Assembly (NCBI GenBank): GCA_965243135.1
Contig: OZ251539.1
Location: forward strand, 5,706,250-5,770,249
Reading direction: 5' to 3'
Source of the DNA: Alphaproteobacteria bacterium
GTDB lineage: Bacteria > Pseudomonadota > Alphaproteobacteria > MPNO01 > UBA830
Length of the DNA stretch: 64,000 nucleotides
A program made the translations under genes and the position numbers. How positions within the stretch are numbered: position 1 is the stretch's first letter; each line of letters begins with the position of its first letter. This document shows, piece by piece, positions 1 through 8,791 of this stretch. The notes beneath the pieces were generated by a model. The model searched no databases. It saw only the letters and a program-made list of their open reading frames with translations, and was not told the origin of the DNA.

Positions 1-1325
1 GCGGTCGCTTCCTCGACCCGAACGTCCAGACCCGCCGCCGCGAAGTGCGAGTAGACGAGGGCCGCCCAATAGCCCTCGTAGAGGTCGTTCTTCCGGTGCC
101 AGTCGTGAGGAACGCTCGCGAAGAACGCCTCGAACAGCGCTCTCACCCTCTCCGGATCGTCCTCCGCCGTCAGCCTGGCCAGTTCCGCCTGCCGCGTCGC
201 CTCCTGCCCCGTCGTCGGCGCCATGGCGCGCAACAGCCTCTTGTTCAGGCTGAGCTTCACCTCGTAGTTCGGGTAGTCCAGCCGGTAGAGGCTCCCGCCG
301 TCTGCGGCCTCCTCGCCGACAATGGTCAAGTAGCCGGTCTGGAACAAAAGCGCTTCGGTCGAGATGTCGTCGACGTCGAAGGCCGACAGCAACTCGTCGT
401 CCGCGACAAGCCCCTCAAGGGCCGGCGTCGCGACCCGGCGGCGCGATAGAAGGTCGACGAGGAAGGTCGGCGTGCCGCTCTGGAACCAGTGCGCCTCGAA
501 CTTGCGCGTTTCGAAGAGAAGGAGGACGTCGAACGGGTTGTAGACCTTCTCCGCGCCGCACCAGTTGTAGCCATTGTACCAGCGCCGGACTTCTTCCCGG
601 TCCAGGCCCTCGATCTCCGGGGCGAAGACCGTATCCAGTTCTTCGTCCGTGTAACCGCAAAGGGTACCGAAACGCGGATCGAGGGTGATGTCGCGCAGGT
701 TGTTCAGGCCCGAGAACACGCCCGCTTGCGAGAACTTGCTCACCCCCGTCAGGAAAACGAAACGCAGCTGTCTGTCGCAAGCCTTGATCACCCCGTACAA
801 GCTGCGCAGGAAGTCGCGGTTGGCCCGCGCCAGTTCCCGGTCGCCGAGCGCGTCCAGGATCGGCTTGTCGTATTCGTCCACCAGAACGACCGCCTGCCGC
901 CCGGTGCGCTCGTGCAGGGCCTCGATCAATTCCCAGAAACGAACCGACGCCTCGACGGAGCCCGGTTCGAGGCCGGCGCGCCTCTCCGCCGCCGCTAGCT
1001 GCGCTTCCACGGTTACGCGAACCCCGTCCGGGGCGCGGAAATCGCCCCCTCTGCTGAAATCCAGCCGCACGACCGGATGGTGCGCCGACCAGTCCCACTT
1101 GCCGTGCACGGCGAGGCCCCGGAACAACTCCTCGCTTCCCTCGAACAACTCCTGCAGCGTGTCCACCAGCAAGCTCTTGCCGAACCGGCGCGGACGCGAC
1201 AGGAAATTGTACTTGCCCCTCTCGACGAGGCGGCGCGCATGCTCCGTCTTGTCGACGTAGTAGCAGTCCATTTTCCGGATCTCCCGGAGGGAGGTCATAC
1301 CGGTCGGAAGCATGCGTTTCGTCAT
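1..1325 (-). CDS. AAA-ATPase-like / PD-(D/E)XK (PDDEXK_9-type) family protein, paralog 1; 3' end lies beyond the window edge
   Basis: Not in the ORF track because it is open at the edge. My own translation from ATG 1325 (MTKRMLPTGMTSLREIRKMDCYYVDKTEH..SRPRRFGKS..) runs without a stop to position 1. It is colinear with the 1865..3412 and 47297..48838 proteins. Confidence 0.75.
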   Translation of the reverse strand, partial: MTKRMLPTGMTSLREIRKMDCYYVDKTEHARRLVERGKYNFLSRPRRFGKSLLVDTLQELFEGSEELFRGLAVHGKWDWSAHHPVVRLDFSRGGDFRAPDGVRVTVEAQLAAAERRAGLEPGSVEASVRFWELIEALHERTGRQAVVLVDEYDKPILDALGDRELARANRDFLRSLYGVIKACDRQLRFVFLTGVSKFSQAGVFSGLNNLRDITLDPRFGTLCGYTDEELDTVFAPEIEGLDREEVRRWYNGYNWCGAEKVYNPFDVLLLFETRKFEAHWFQSGTPTFLVDLLSRRRVATPALEGLVADDELLSAFDVDDISTEALLFQTGYLTIVGEEAADGGSLYRLDYPNYEVKLSLNKRLLRAMAPTTGQEATRQAELARLTAEDDPERVRALFEAFFASVPHDWHRKNDLYEGYWAALVYSHFAAAGLDVRVEEAT

Positions 1326-1331
1326 CCTAAA

Positions 1332-1360
1332 AGGGTAGGCCGCCGTACCGGAGCGGTCAA
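1332..1360 (-). promoter_or_regulatory. sigma70-like promoter abutting the start codon of paralog 1 (leaderless-type layout)
   Basis: Minus strand reads TTGACC(1360-1355), 17 nt, TACCCT(1337-1332), tttagg, ATG(1325). The other two paralogs have the same layout. Confidence 0.5.
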
Positions 1361-1371
1361 GGAGCGGTGAA

Positions 1372-1400
1372 CGCGAGACGTTCGCGCTGCGCCATGTTTT
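1372..1400 (-). repeat. conserved A-tract + GGCGCAGCGCGAACGYCTC motif, copy 1 of 5
   Basis: Minus strand reads aaaacatggcgcagcgcgaacgtctcgcg, 47 nt upstream of the paralog 1 ATG. Near-identical strings occur at 3461, 21922, 30876 and 37864. Confidence 0.6.
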
Positions 1401-1780
1401 GGTCGGCTGCCGTCGGTCCGGCGCGGGCGACTCGGGCAACTTGTCTCCCCATGAAAAGAATGTTCCCCTGCCGCCTCTCGTGGCATTCAGCCAGGATGCT
1501 CACGACAACCCTCGGGGGGCCGGATTTTTTTGCGCGGAGACGCGCCGCCCATTGTCGCAGCGCGGCGTCCGGGCGGACGGCTTGGGACGGAGTCTGCGGA
1601 ACCTGCCGCCCCGGAAAATCCGCGGTCACCGGGGACATCCGCCGCCCTTGAAAGCCGTCGGGATTTCAGGACGCCGGGAACGGCGACTGAGCGTCCGTAG
1701 AGAGGAGCCGCCGGGCCGGAATTCCCGCCCGCCTCCTCGGCGGCGCTTCCCGCCAAGTTCCCGGAGGGCAAGGCGGCGGA

Positions 1781-1816
1781 ATAAAAGACGACAGCCTTTC
1801 GCCGAGGCGGCTGTCG
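1781..1816 (-). terminator. rho-independent terminator candidate after paralog 2
   Basis: Minus-strand transcript reads cgacagcc-gcctcggcgaaa-ggctgtcg: an 8-bp stem and 12-nt loop, followed by tcttttatt. It lies about 50 nt after the stop at 1865. Confidence 0.5.
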
Positions 1817-1864
1817 AAACGCTCGAACGGGACCATCGAACTCGTCCGCTGGCGGTTCCCGGCT

Positions 1865-3412
1865 TCAGGCGGTCTCGAACTCGAAGCCGACGATGTTGCG
1901 CTCTTCCCGTCCGAACTCCATGCCGATCAACCGGATCGGCACGCCGAGATGCCGGTACTTGTCTGCGTAGCCGCGCTCCCGCATCTGCGCCAGCGCTTGG
2001 CCTTCGTGCTGTTGGTCCACGACCTTGAACTCGTACAGATGCACGCATCCCGGACTCAGCACAGCCATGTCCAGTCGCCCGCGGGCGGTCGCTTCCTCGA
2101 CCCGAACGTCCAGACCCGCCGCCGCGAAGTGCGAGTAGACGAGGGCCGCCCAATAGCCCTCGTAATTTGCGAGGTCGTTCTTCCGGTGCCAGTCGTGAGG
2201 AACGCTCGCGAAGAACGCCTCGAACAGCGTCCTCACCTTCTCCGGATCGTCCTCCGCCGTCAGCCTGGCCAGCTCCGCCTGCCGCGTCGCCTCCTGCCCC
2301 TTTACCGGCGACATGGCGCGCAGCAGCCTCTTGTTCAGGCTGAGTTTCACCTCGTAGTTCGGGTAACCCAGCCGATAGAGGCTGCCGCCGCCGACGGCTT
2401 CCTCGCCGACGATGGTCAGGTAGCCGGTCTGGAACAAAAGCGCTTCGGTCGAGATGTCGTCGACGTCGAAAGTCGAGAGCAGTTCGTCGTCCGCGAACAT
2501 GCCCTCCAGGGCCGGCGGCGCGACCTGGCGGCGCGACAGAAGGTCGACGAGGAAGGTCGGCGTGCCGCTCCTGAACCAGTGCGCCTCGAACTGGCGACGC
2601 CGGAACAGCAGCAGGACATCGAACGGGTTGTAGACCCTGTCCGCGCCGCGCCAGTTGTAGCCGTTGTACCAGCGGCGTATTTCGTCCCGGTCCAGGCCCT
2701 CGAGTTCAAGAGCGAAGACTGCGTCCAGCTCCGAGTCCGTGTAGCCGCAAATGTTCGAGAACTCCGGCTCCAGCGTGATGTCGATCAGGTTGTTCAGGCC
2801 CGAGAAAATGCCCGCCTGCGAGAACTTGCTCACGCCCGTCAGGAAAACGAAACGGAGATGCCTGTCGCTGTCCTTGATCATCGCGTAGAAGCCGCGCAGG
2901 AAGTCGCGGTTGGCACGCGCCAGTTCCCGGTCGCCGAGCGCGTCCAGGATCGGCTTGTCGTATTCGTCGACCAGAACGACCACTCGCTGCCCGGCGCGCT
3001 CGTGCAGCGTCCTTATCAGGCGCCGGAAACGGACCGCCGCCCCGGCGGGGCCCGGTTCGAGGCCGGCCAGCCGCTCCGTTTCCTCCAACTGGTCTTCCAC
3101 GTTTCCCCGAACGAGGTCCGGAGAGTCGAAATTGCCCCCGCCGAAGCTGATCCGCACGACGGGATGGCGCGTCGACCAGTTCCACTTGCCGTGTATGGCG
3201 AGGCCCCGGAACAGCTCCTCGCTTCCCTCGAACAGCTCCTGCAGCGTGTCCACCAGCAGGGTCTTGCCGAACCGGCGCGGACGCGACAGGAAATAGAGCT
3301 TGCCCTCCTCGACGAGGCGGTGCACATGGTCCGTCTTGTCGACGTAGTAGCAGTCCAGATCCCGGATCTCCCGGAGGGAGGTCATGCCGATCGGCAGCAT
3401 GCGCTTGGTCAT
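1865..3412 (-). CDS. AAA-ATPase-like / PD-(D/E)XK (PDDEXK_9-type) family protein, paralog 2
   Basis: ORF 1865..3718 trimmed to ATG 3412 (MTKRMLPIGMTSLREIRDLDCYYVDKTDH, SRPRRFGKT P-loop-like, C-terminal LYEFKV..GYADKY). The upstream 102 codons look non-coding and overlap the amt promoter region. Confidence 0.85.
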   Translation of the reverse strand: MTKRMLPIGMTSLREIRDLDCYYVDKTDHVHRLVEEGKLYFLSRPRRFGKTLLVDTLQELFEGSEELFRGLAIHGKWNWSTRHPVVRISFGGGNFDSPDLVRGNVEDQLEETERLAGLEPGPAGAAVRFRRLIRTLHERAGQRVVVLVDEYDKPILDALGDRELARANRDFLRGFYAMIKDSDRHLRFVFLTGVSKFSQAGIFSGLNNLIDITLEPEFSNICGYTDSELDAVFALELEGLDRDEIRRWYNGYNWRGADRVYNPFDVLLLFRRRQFEAHWFRSGTPTFLVDLLSRRQVAPPALEGMFADDELLSTFDVDDISTEALLFQTGYLTIVGEEAVGGGSLYRLGYPNYEVKLSLNKRLLRAMSPVKGQEATRQAELARLTAEDDPEKVRTLFEAFFASVPHDWHRKNDLANYEGYWAALVYSHFAAAGLDVRVEEATARGRLDMAVLSPGCVHLYEFKVVDQQHEGQALAQMRERGYADKYRHLGVPIRLIGMEFGREERNIVGFEFETA

Positions 3413-3418
3413 TCGAAA

Positions 3419-3447
3419 AGAGTAGGCCGCCGCGCCGTCACCGTCAA
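3419..3447 (-). promoter_or_regulatory. sigma70-like promoter abutting the start codon of paralog 2
   Basis: Minus strand reads TTGACG(3447-3442), 17 nt, TACTCT(3424-3419), tttcga, ATG(3412). Confidence 0.5.
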
Positions 3448-3460
3448 TGAGGAGGCGATT

Positions 3461-3489
3461 GGAGGCGTTTGCGCTGCGCCATGTTTTGC
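3461..3489 (-). repeat. conserved motif, copy 2 of 5
   Basis: Minus strand reads gcaaaacatggcgcagcgcaaacgcctcc, 49 nt upstream of the paralog 2 ATG. Confidence 0.6.
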
Positions 3490-3541
3490 TGCCGTCAGCA
3501 CAGCACTGCGCGGACCGCTCCGTCCACCCGCGGCGGCGCCA

Positions 3542-3570
3542 TTCGCATTGATCTTCGAATGCGCTATAAT
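3542..3570 (+). promoter_or_regulatory. candidate sigma70 promoter of amt
   Basis: TTCGCA(3542-3547), 17 nt, perfect TATAAT(3565-3570), 50 nt upstream of ATG 3620. Confidence 0.35.
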
Positions 3571-3619
3571 GCATCGCCCAAAGAGGCATTCTGTCGTCTG
3601 CATTCCAAGAGGAACATCG

Positions 3620-5014
3620 ATGAAGAAATACGAACGCATGGCGGGCCGCGCGCTTCGCCGAACTGTCGTGGTGGGCGGCGTTCTTCTCGCCGCGGCCTTC
3701 ATGGCGGCTGATGCGCATGCCGCCCTCGACGCCGAATCGAAGTTCGTTCTGAACAGTTTTTCGTTCCTCATATGGGGTGCGCTGGTCATGTGGATGTGCG
3801 CGGGCTTCACCATGCTCGAGTCCGGCACCGTGCGGACCAAGAACGCTTCGGTCATCTGCCTGAAGAATATCGGGCTCTATTCCATTGCCGGCCTCGCCTT
3901 CTATCTTCTCGGCTACAACATCATGTATACCGATGTCGGAAGCTGGATCGGTTCCGTCAAGCTGTTATACGGCACGTCCGCCGATGAAATCGCGCTGCTG
4001 TCGGACAAGGCGGACGCGCTGGCCGGGGTTCTCGAGAACGGCTACTCCAAGATGTCGGACTGGTTCTTCCAGATGGTGTTCGTGGCGACCACCGCGTCCA
4101 TCGTGTCCGGCGCGCTTGCCGAGCGCGTCAAGCTTTGGTCGTTTTTCCTGTTCATCGCGCTTCTGACGGCGATCATCTATCCGATCGTCGGCTCATGGAC
4201 CTGGGGCGGCGGCTGGCTCAGCGACTACGGTTTTCAGGATTTCGCGGGATCGACGATCGTTCACTCGACCGGCGGCTGGGCGGCGCTGGCCGGCATCATG
4301 GTCGTCGGCGCGAGGACCGGCAAGTTCAGGGCCGACGGCAGCGTAAAGAGCACTCCGCCGTCGAACGTGCCGGCCGTAACTCTGGGCGTATTCATCCTCT
4401 GGCTGGGCTGGTTCGGTTTCAACGGAGGTTCGCAGCTGGCTTTGGGCGGCGCGGCCGATGCGGTGGCGATCAGCAACATTTTGGCGAACACCAATCTTGC
4501 GGCGGCGGCCGGCGTCATGGTGGCGCTCGCCCTGTCCAGGCCGGTGTTCGGGCGAGTCGATCTGCTCGCCGCGCTGAACGGCGCCATAGCCGGGCTGGTT
4601 TCCATCACCGCGGGTCCCGACATCGTCGAGCATTACTGGGCCGTCATCATCGGCGCCGTCGGCGGCGCCATCTGCGTCTTGGGCATGAAATTGCTCGAAA
4701 CGTTGAAGCTCGACGACGTGGTCGGCGCAATTCCCGCCCATCTGTTCGCCGGCGCATGGGGAACGCTCGCCGTCTGCATTGCCGCCGGCGGCGACATCGT
4801 CGTGCAGATCGTCGGCGTGTTGGCCGTGGGCGTCTTCGTGTTCGCCTGTTCCATAGTTCTCTGGCTGATCATCGACAAGGTTTTCGGAGCGCGCGTTTCG
4901 CTGAAGGTCGAGGAGTTGGGTCAGGATACGGCGGAGCTCGGAATCGAGGCGTATCCCGAATTCGTGCTGATGCCCGACATGGACGAGGCGGACGATTTCT
5001 CGGCCCAAAAGTGA
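3620..5014 (+). CDS. amt: ammonium transporter (Amt family), 464 aa
   Basis: C-terminal part of ORF 1949..5014, starting at MKKYERMAG. It has a signal-like N-terminus and multi-TM Amt signatures (FTMLESG, AERVK, GSTIVH, GWFGFNGGS). An aagagga RBS lies upstream. Confidence 0.95.
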   Translation: MKKYERMAGRALRRTVVVGGVLLAAAFMAADAHAALDAESKFVLNSFSFLIWGALVMWMCAGFTMLESGTVRTKNASVICLKNIGLYSIAGLAFYLLGYNIMYTDVGSWIGSVKLLYGTSADEIALLSDKADALAGVLENGYSKMSDWFFQMVFVATTASIVSGALAERVKLWSFFLFIALLTAIIYPIVGSWTWGGGWLSDYGFQDFAGSTIVHSTGGWAALAGIMVVGARTGKFRADGSVKSTPPSNVPAVTLGVFILWLGWFGFNGGSQLALGGAADAVAISNILANTNLAAAAGVMVALALSRPVFGRVDLLAALNGAIAGLVSITAGPDIVEHYWAVIIGAVGGAICVLGMKLLETLKLDDVVGAIPAHLFAGAWGTLAVCIAAGGDIVVQIVGVLAVGVFVFACSIVLWLIIDKVFGARVSLKVEELGQDTAELGIEAYPEFVLMPDMDEADDFSAQK

Positions 5015-5049
5015 CGGCGACCCCGGGCAACGGGGCAGAAAACCCCGCA

Positions 5050-5084
5050 GAGCTTTCCCGGACCGGCAGGTTCCGGGAAAGCTC
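5050..5084 (+). terminator. perfect 13-bp inverted repeat downstream of amt (terminator or REP-like hairpin)
   Basis: gagctttcccgga-ccggcaggt-tccgggaaagctc, 36 nt after the amt stop. There is no U-tract. Confidence 0.4.
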
Positions 5085-5957
5085 CGTCCGGGGAGCGGCG
5101 GAGCGCCGCGGCTCTTCGCGCGCCCCGGCGCCGCGCAGTCCGCCGTTGGCCTGACGGCAGACCGCCACGACGAAGAAAGGGGCGCAGGTTGACCCGGCTT
5201 TCCCGCAGGGAAAGGAGAATCCCGAGCTCCAAGGAGAGACCGCGGCCAAAAGCGCAGGAATCTGCAGGCGACCGCGGCCGTAGGCGCGGCCGGTCGGTCC
5301 GGCCCGCGTAGTCGCCGCGGACCAGCGGCCGCACGCGCCGTTCACGGTCACCCGACGTGGCGACCAGCGCGCCTTTGGCGCGTGACGCCTCTCTCCCTGA
5401 AGATGCAGCTGCTTTCCTGCCGGACGCCGGGAGCATGGTTGCCGGTAGTCCAGATGTTGCGGGCGTCGAGCCGGCCTCGCCAGTGCGACGGCCGCCGCGG
5501 GATTCTTCGCCCGTGCGTCTTCCCTCGTCGAGATCCCCTCGCTGTACGGGTGCGTGAACCTGCCCGCGCGGCCGAGTTGCAGCGGCATGAACGTAGATGA
5601 TGGCCGATGCCTTCGCGCAGGGCCGCGGGAAACGAAGTCATCGACGGCGCCAATTCCGGGGTTATGGACCACGCTGGAGCGGTTTTTCCTGTCCGCGTAC
5701 CGGCACGGAGGTCCGCCTGTTGCAGAAGGACTGCTCCTGAAGAAATTGCCGTCGCAAGACGGGCCGAGAACCCCTTTCATGGGATTCCGCGTCAGGCGGC
5801 GAATCCGTACGACGAAATGCGGCAGGCGTGAGAATCTATCGGCGCGAGGCGTAGGAAACGGGCTCGCGTCGAGAGAAACGATCGGTCGGGCCCAGCGGGG
5901 ACGACGAGGCCGGAGATTGGAGCCGCGTGCGCTGTCCGCAACACCTTGAAATGCGGA

Positions 5958-6130
5958 CAGCTTTCCGGGGCGCGGAATTTTTTTACCCCGATTCGGGTAC
6001 GGAAAACCGCGAATTCTTCGCGTCGGGACCGCGATTTTCGCAGATTCCACCCCACGGCCGGCCGGGTGCCGCTCCCCCGATTGGCCAACTGCGTTCAGAC
6101 CACGGCCCGGCTTGCACCAGGTTTGCGGCG
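5958..6130 (+). repeat. dispersed intergenic repeat family 1, copy a
   Basis: cagctttccggggcgcggaattttttt..ggtacggaaaaccgcgaattc..gaccgcgattttcgcag.. aligns by eye with 21681..21775 and with the reverse complement of 62025..62180. Confidence 0.5.
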
Positions 6131-6243
6131 TGGCAACCGGATACTCGCCTTTTGTTCTGAAGACCGAGCACCCCCTCGGCACTTGTCTGGCAAGCTCGCC
6201 GAGGGGGATCCTCAAATAATTTGATTAAAATCCACATGAAACC

Positions 6244-6261
6244 TGTGCATATCCTTGCACA
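6244..6261 (+). promoter_or_regulatory. palindrome upstream of vapB (possible antitoxin operator)
   Basis: TGTGCA-tatcct-TGCACA, 43 nt upstream of ATG 6304. Confidence 0.3.
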
Positions 6262-6303
6262 GCCACACATGATACTGATGGCAGATGTTTTGGAGGCAGA
6301 GCA

Positions 6304-6549
6304 ATGGCGACGATCAACGTGCGGCAACTGGGCGTGGTCCGGCACCTTAAGCGGCGGGCCGCCGGGAACAACCGCTCTCTGGAAGGCGAAGTGCGCCACA
6401 TTCTTCGCGGCGCGGTCGCGGACGACATGGCGGCGAAGCGGGCGTCCTTCCGGGCTCTGGCCGCGAGGCTGCGGCGGAAGACCGAAGGGGACGCGCAAAC
6501 GCTCTCGGAAATCCGCGAGGATCGTGACGGCGGGCACCGAGTGGGCTGA
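6304..6549 (+). CDS. vapB: VapB/FitA-like ribbon-helix-helix antitoxin
   Basis: 81 aa. N-terminus MATINVRQLG..LKRRAAGNNRSLEGEVRHIL matches the FitA/Arc-type pattern. RBS is ggagg. Its stop overlaps the start of the PIN gene. Confidence 0.7.
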   Translation: MATINVRQLGVVRHLKRRAAGNNRSLEGEVRHILRGAVADDMAAKRASFRALAARLRRKTEGDAQTLSEIREDRDGGHRVG

Positions 6550-6960
6550 TGCGTCTGGTGGTCGACGCCAGCGTGGCGGTCAAATGGCTGATCGCGGAGG
6601 ACGGTTCGGACGCGGCGGCTCTCTTGTTGATGGACGGCGACGATCTGCATGCGCCGCGTCTGATGGCTTCCGAGGTCGCCAACGCGCTGTGGTGCAAGAT
6701 CCGGAAGGGCGAGGTCGAGCGCGGCCAAGTCGACGTTCTGACGGCCGCCGTATGCCCGTTCGTTGGAGCGCGGACGAGACGGTGTGCGTGGACGCTGTTC
6801 GTCTGGCCGTCGCGCTCGACCGACCGGTTTACGACTGCATGTACCTGACTCTGGCGCATCGCCTTGAAGCTCGATTGGTGACGGCGGACCGGCGCTTTGC
6901 GAACGCTCTGGCGTCGACCGAGCACGGCGGCGCCGTAACGACGCTGGCGGACCATGCGCG
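6549..6960 (+). pseudogene. vapC: VapC-like PIN-domain toxin, frameshifted
   Basis: The PIN N-terminus MRLVVDASVAVKWL is in the frame of ORF 6549..6848. The PIN C-terminus ETVCVDAVRLAVALDRPVYDCMYLTLAHRLEARLVTADRRF is found only in the frame of ORF 6221..7111. The frame switch lies near 6745-6755. The 3' end is uncertain. Confidence 0.7.
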
Positions 6961-7200
6961 GGAACGATGGGCCGGTCAAGCGCGAACGGGTTGTCATTGG
7001 GCGGTCGCATGCCCGGGGGAAGCGCAGGCTTTCGGCCCGCTGTGCCGACGGAGACATCGGCGCTCTCAGGTCAACGAGGTCTTCTCGCTCGCGGATGGTT
7101 TTCGTGAATAAGCAGGAAATCATGAAAACAGGCCCACGCTATTTTCGTGCGTCAGAACGCCGGTCGGAGCCCAACCGATGAACCGGGCGGGCCTCTGGAA

Positions 7201-7280
7201 CGTGCGGCAATTCCCGCTAAGGCTCTTGGAAAATACGGGGTTTCAGAAAAATTTTTCGTAGATTTTTCCGGGTATTTGCC
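7201..7280 (-). repeat. dispersed intergenic repeat family 2, copy a
   Basis: The reverse complement (cccggaaaaatctacgaaaaatttttctgaaaccccgtattttcc..gcgggaattgccg) aligns with 13508..13592. The core is an AT-rich palindrome, cgaaaaattttt. Confidence 0.45.
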
Positions 7281-8179
7281 TGAGGGATTTGTCGCGGCGG
7301 CTTGTCCATTGGTACTTCTCGACGCACCTTCCGGACATGCGGCCGCCTTGGCGAAAATTGCTGTGGCGAAACCGAGCCGCTGGCCTCGCTTCGCTTCTTG
7401 CCCGGAAGCGCTCAGCGCCATTGTCTCCCCGCGGCGCCTCCGCTCCTTTTCCGCCGTTCCGCGCTTCCAGACAGCGCGTCTCGTACTCCCGCGTTGTGAT
7501 GGAGGGGGCCGGAGAACGACGCCGCTTCGACGACCGAGCGCGTTCCGGAAGGCTGTCAAGAACCTCTTGGGGAGGCCGGAGACTCCTCGCCAAGGTTTTC
7601 CACGTTGTGGGCACCTGGCGTTTCGTCCGCTCCCATGGCCCTGTACATGTCCCGCGCGTCAGGTCCTGACGGCCGCCGCGGATACCTGAGCGGTCGAACC
7701 GGCGCATAGCTGTCGCCGACGCCGCTCATGGTTCTCAGCACGGCGGGCAGGAAGGCGCTCCCTCCGCGAAAGGCGCTCAGCAGAGTTCGTTGCGCTATTT
7801 TGAAAGCGGAGTCGTTCGGCGAACGCACGGCGATCTGGGGCATGGAGCTTTCCTTGTCTTTCACCGTGAGCCTGGAAATATTCTTCGATAGCTCCAAACA
7901 TAACAAGAGCCGAATTAAAGGCGTTTACGGCGCGCCGTTCCCGTCGGCCGAACGCCCGGCGATTCGTCCGCCCGCCGACGGAAGCGCAAGGGTGGTTCAG
8001 GCGTCCTTGAACAAGCGAAGATTACGCAGCGACGCAAACCCGTCGCCCGACCGCAAGCGTCTTTGGCGTTGCGTTCGACAGCGCCCCCTTCCGAAAGGAA
8101 GCCGACGAAAGGTTTTACCGTTGGCGGGCAGCTTGACGACGATCACCGAGAAAAGCCGGTTCGGCGGAGAGTCGGTCGG

Positions 8180-8791
8180 TCAGCGATTGCCGATCTCGCC
8201 CAGCAGGCGATCGATGGCGTTCGTAAACCCCTTCAAGGAGCCCTCGAGGCGAAACGGCTCGCCTCCGCCGGCCGCCGGTTCGGCCTCCACGTGAAGCACC
8301 ACTCCCGCCCGGAAGCTTTCGATCATTATCTGGCTGAGGGCGCCGCGCGCGACGCAGCCGTTCGGGAAACAGGAATCGAACGCAAGCAGAGTGCTTGGCG
8401 CCTCGTCGGCGCGCAGCCGCAGGCCGCTCTTCAACTTCAGGCCGAACGGCGTGACCACGACCGCCTCGAATCCCTTGCCGGGGGAGGCCAGCGGGACGAG
8501 AGTCACGGTCAGCAACGGCTGCCGTTGTCCGGACTGGGGGTCTTGCCAGATGAACCGCTGCTCCATGACGCACTGCCGCACGCTCTCGCCTTCCCTCTCC
8601 TCGACCGCGCAGCGCACCGTCCAGTTGTTGTAGGTTTCGGAAAAGGCGCTCGGCCCGGAGACCTGCGCATGCGAGGGCACCCCCCAACCGAGCGCCGCGA
8701 ACGCGATTGCGGCGAAGCGGACGACGAAATTTCTCGCGATCGTCCCGCCCGGCCATCCATTTCTCGCGAACGGCGCTGCGGAACGCGTCAT
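8180..8791 (-). CDS. invasion-associated locus B (IalB) family protein
   Basis: 203 aa with a signal peptide and the typical IalB pattern (..NWTVRC..CVMEQ..FDSCFPNGCVA..). Its ATG shares one nucleotide with the autotransporter stop (TGATG). Confidence 0.8.
   Translation of the reverse strand: MTRSAAPFARNGWPGGTIARNFVVRFAAIAFAALGWGVPSHAQVSGPSAFSETYNNWTVRCAVEEREGESVRQCVMEQRFIWQDPQSGQRQPLLTVTLVPLASPGKGFEAVVVTPFGLKLKSGLRLRADEAPSTLLAFDSCFPNGCVARGALSQIMIESFRAGVVLHVEAEPAAGGGEPFRLEGSLKGFTNAIDRLLGEIGNR

Noticed and set aside
1949-5014. 1021-aa ORF on the plus strand
   Set aside because: It is a chimera. The first ~557 codons are the antisense frame of PD-(D/E)XK paralog 2, with Arg/Pro/Val-rich, low-complexity translation. 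Only the last 464 codons (from ATG 3620) are the Amt transporter.
4869-6215. 448-aa minus-strand ORF filling the gap after amt
   Set aside because: Its composition is Arg/Pro/Gly-rich. It has no start context and spans a dispersed repeat. I treat the region as non-coding, but BLASTX should confirm this.
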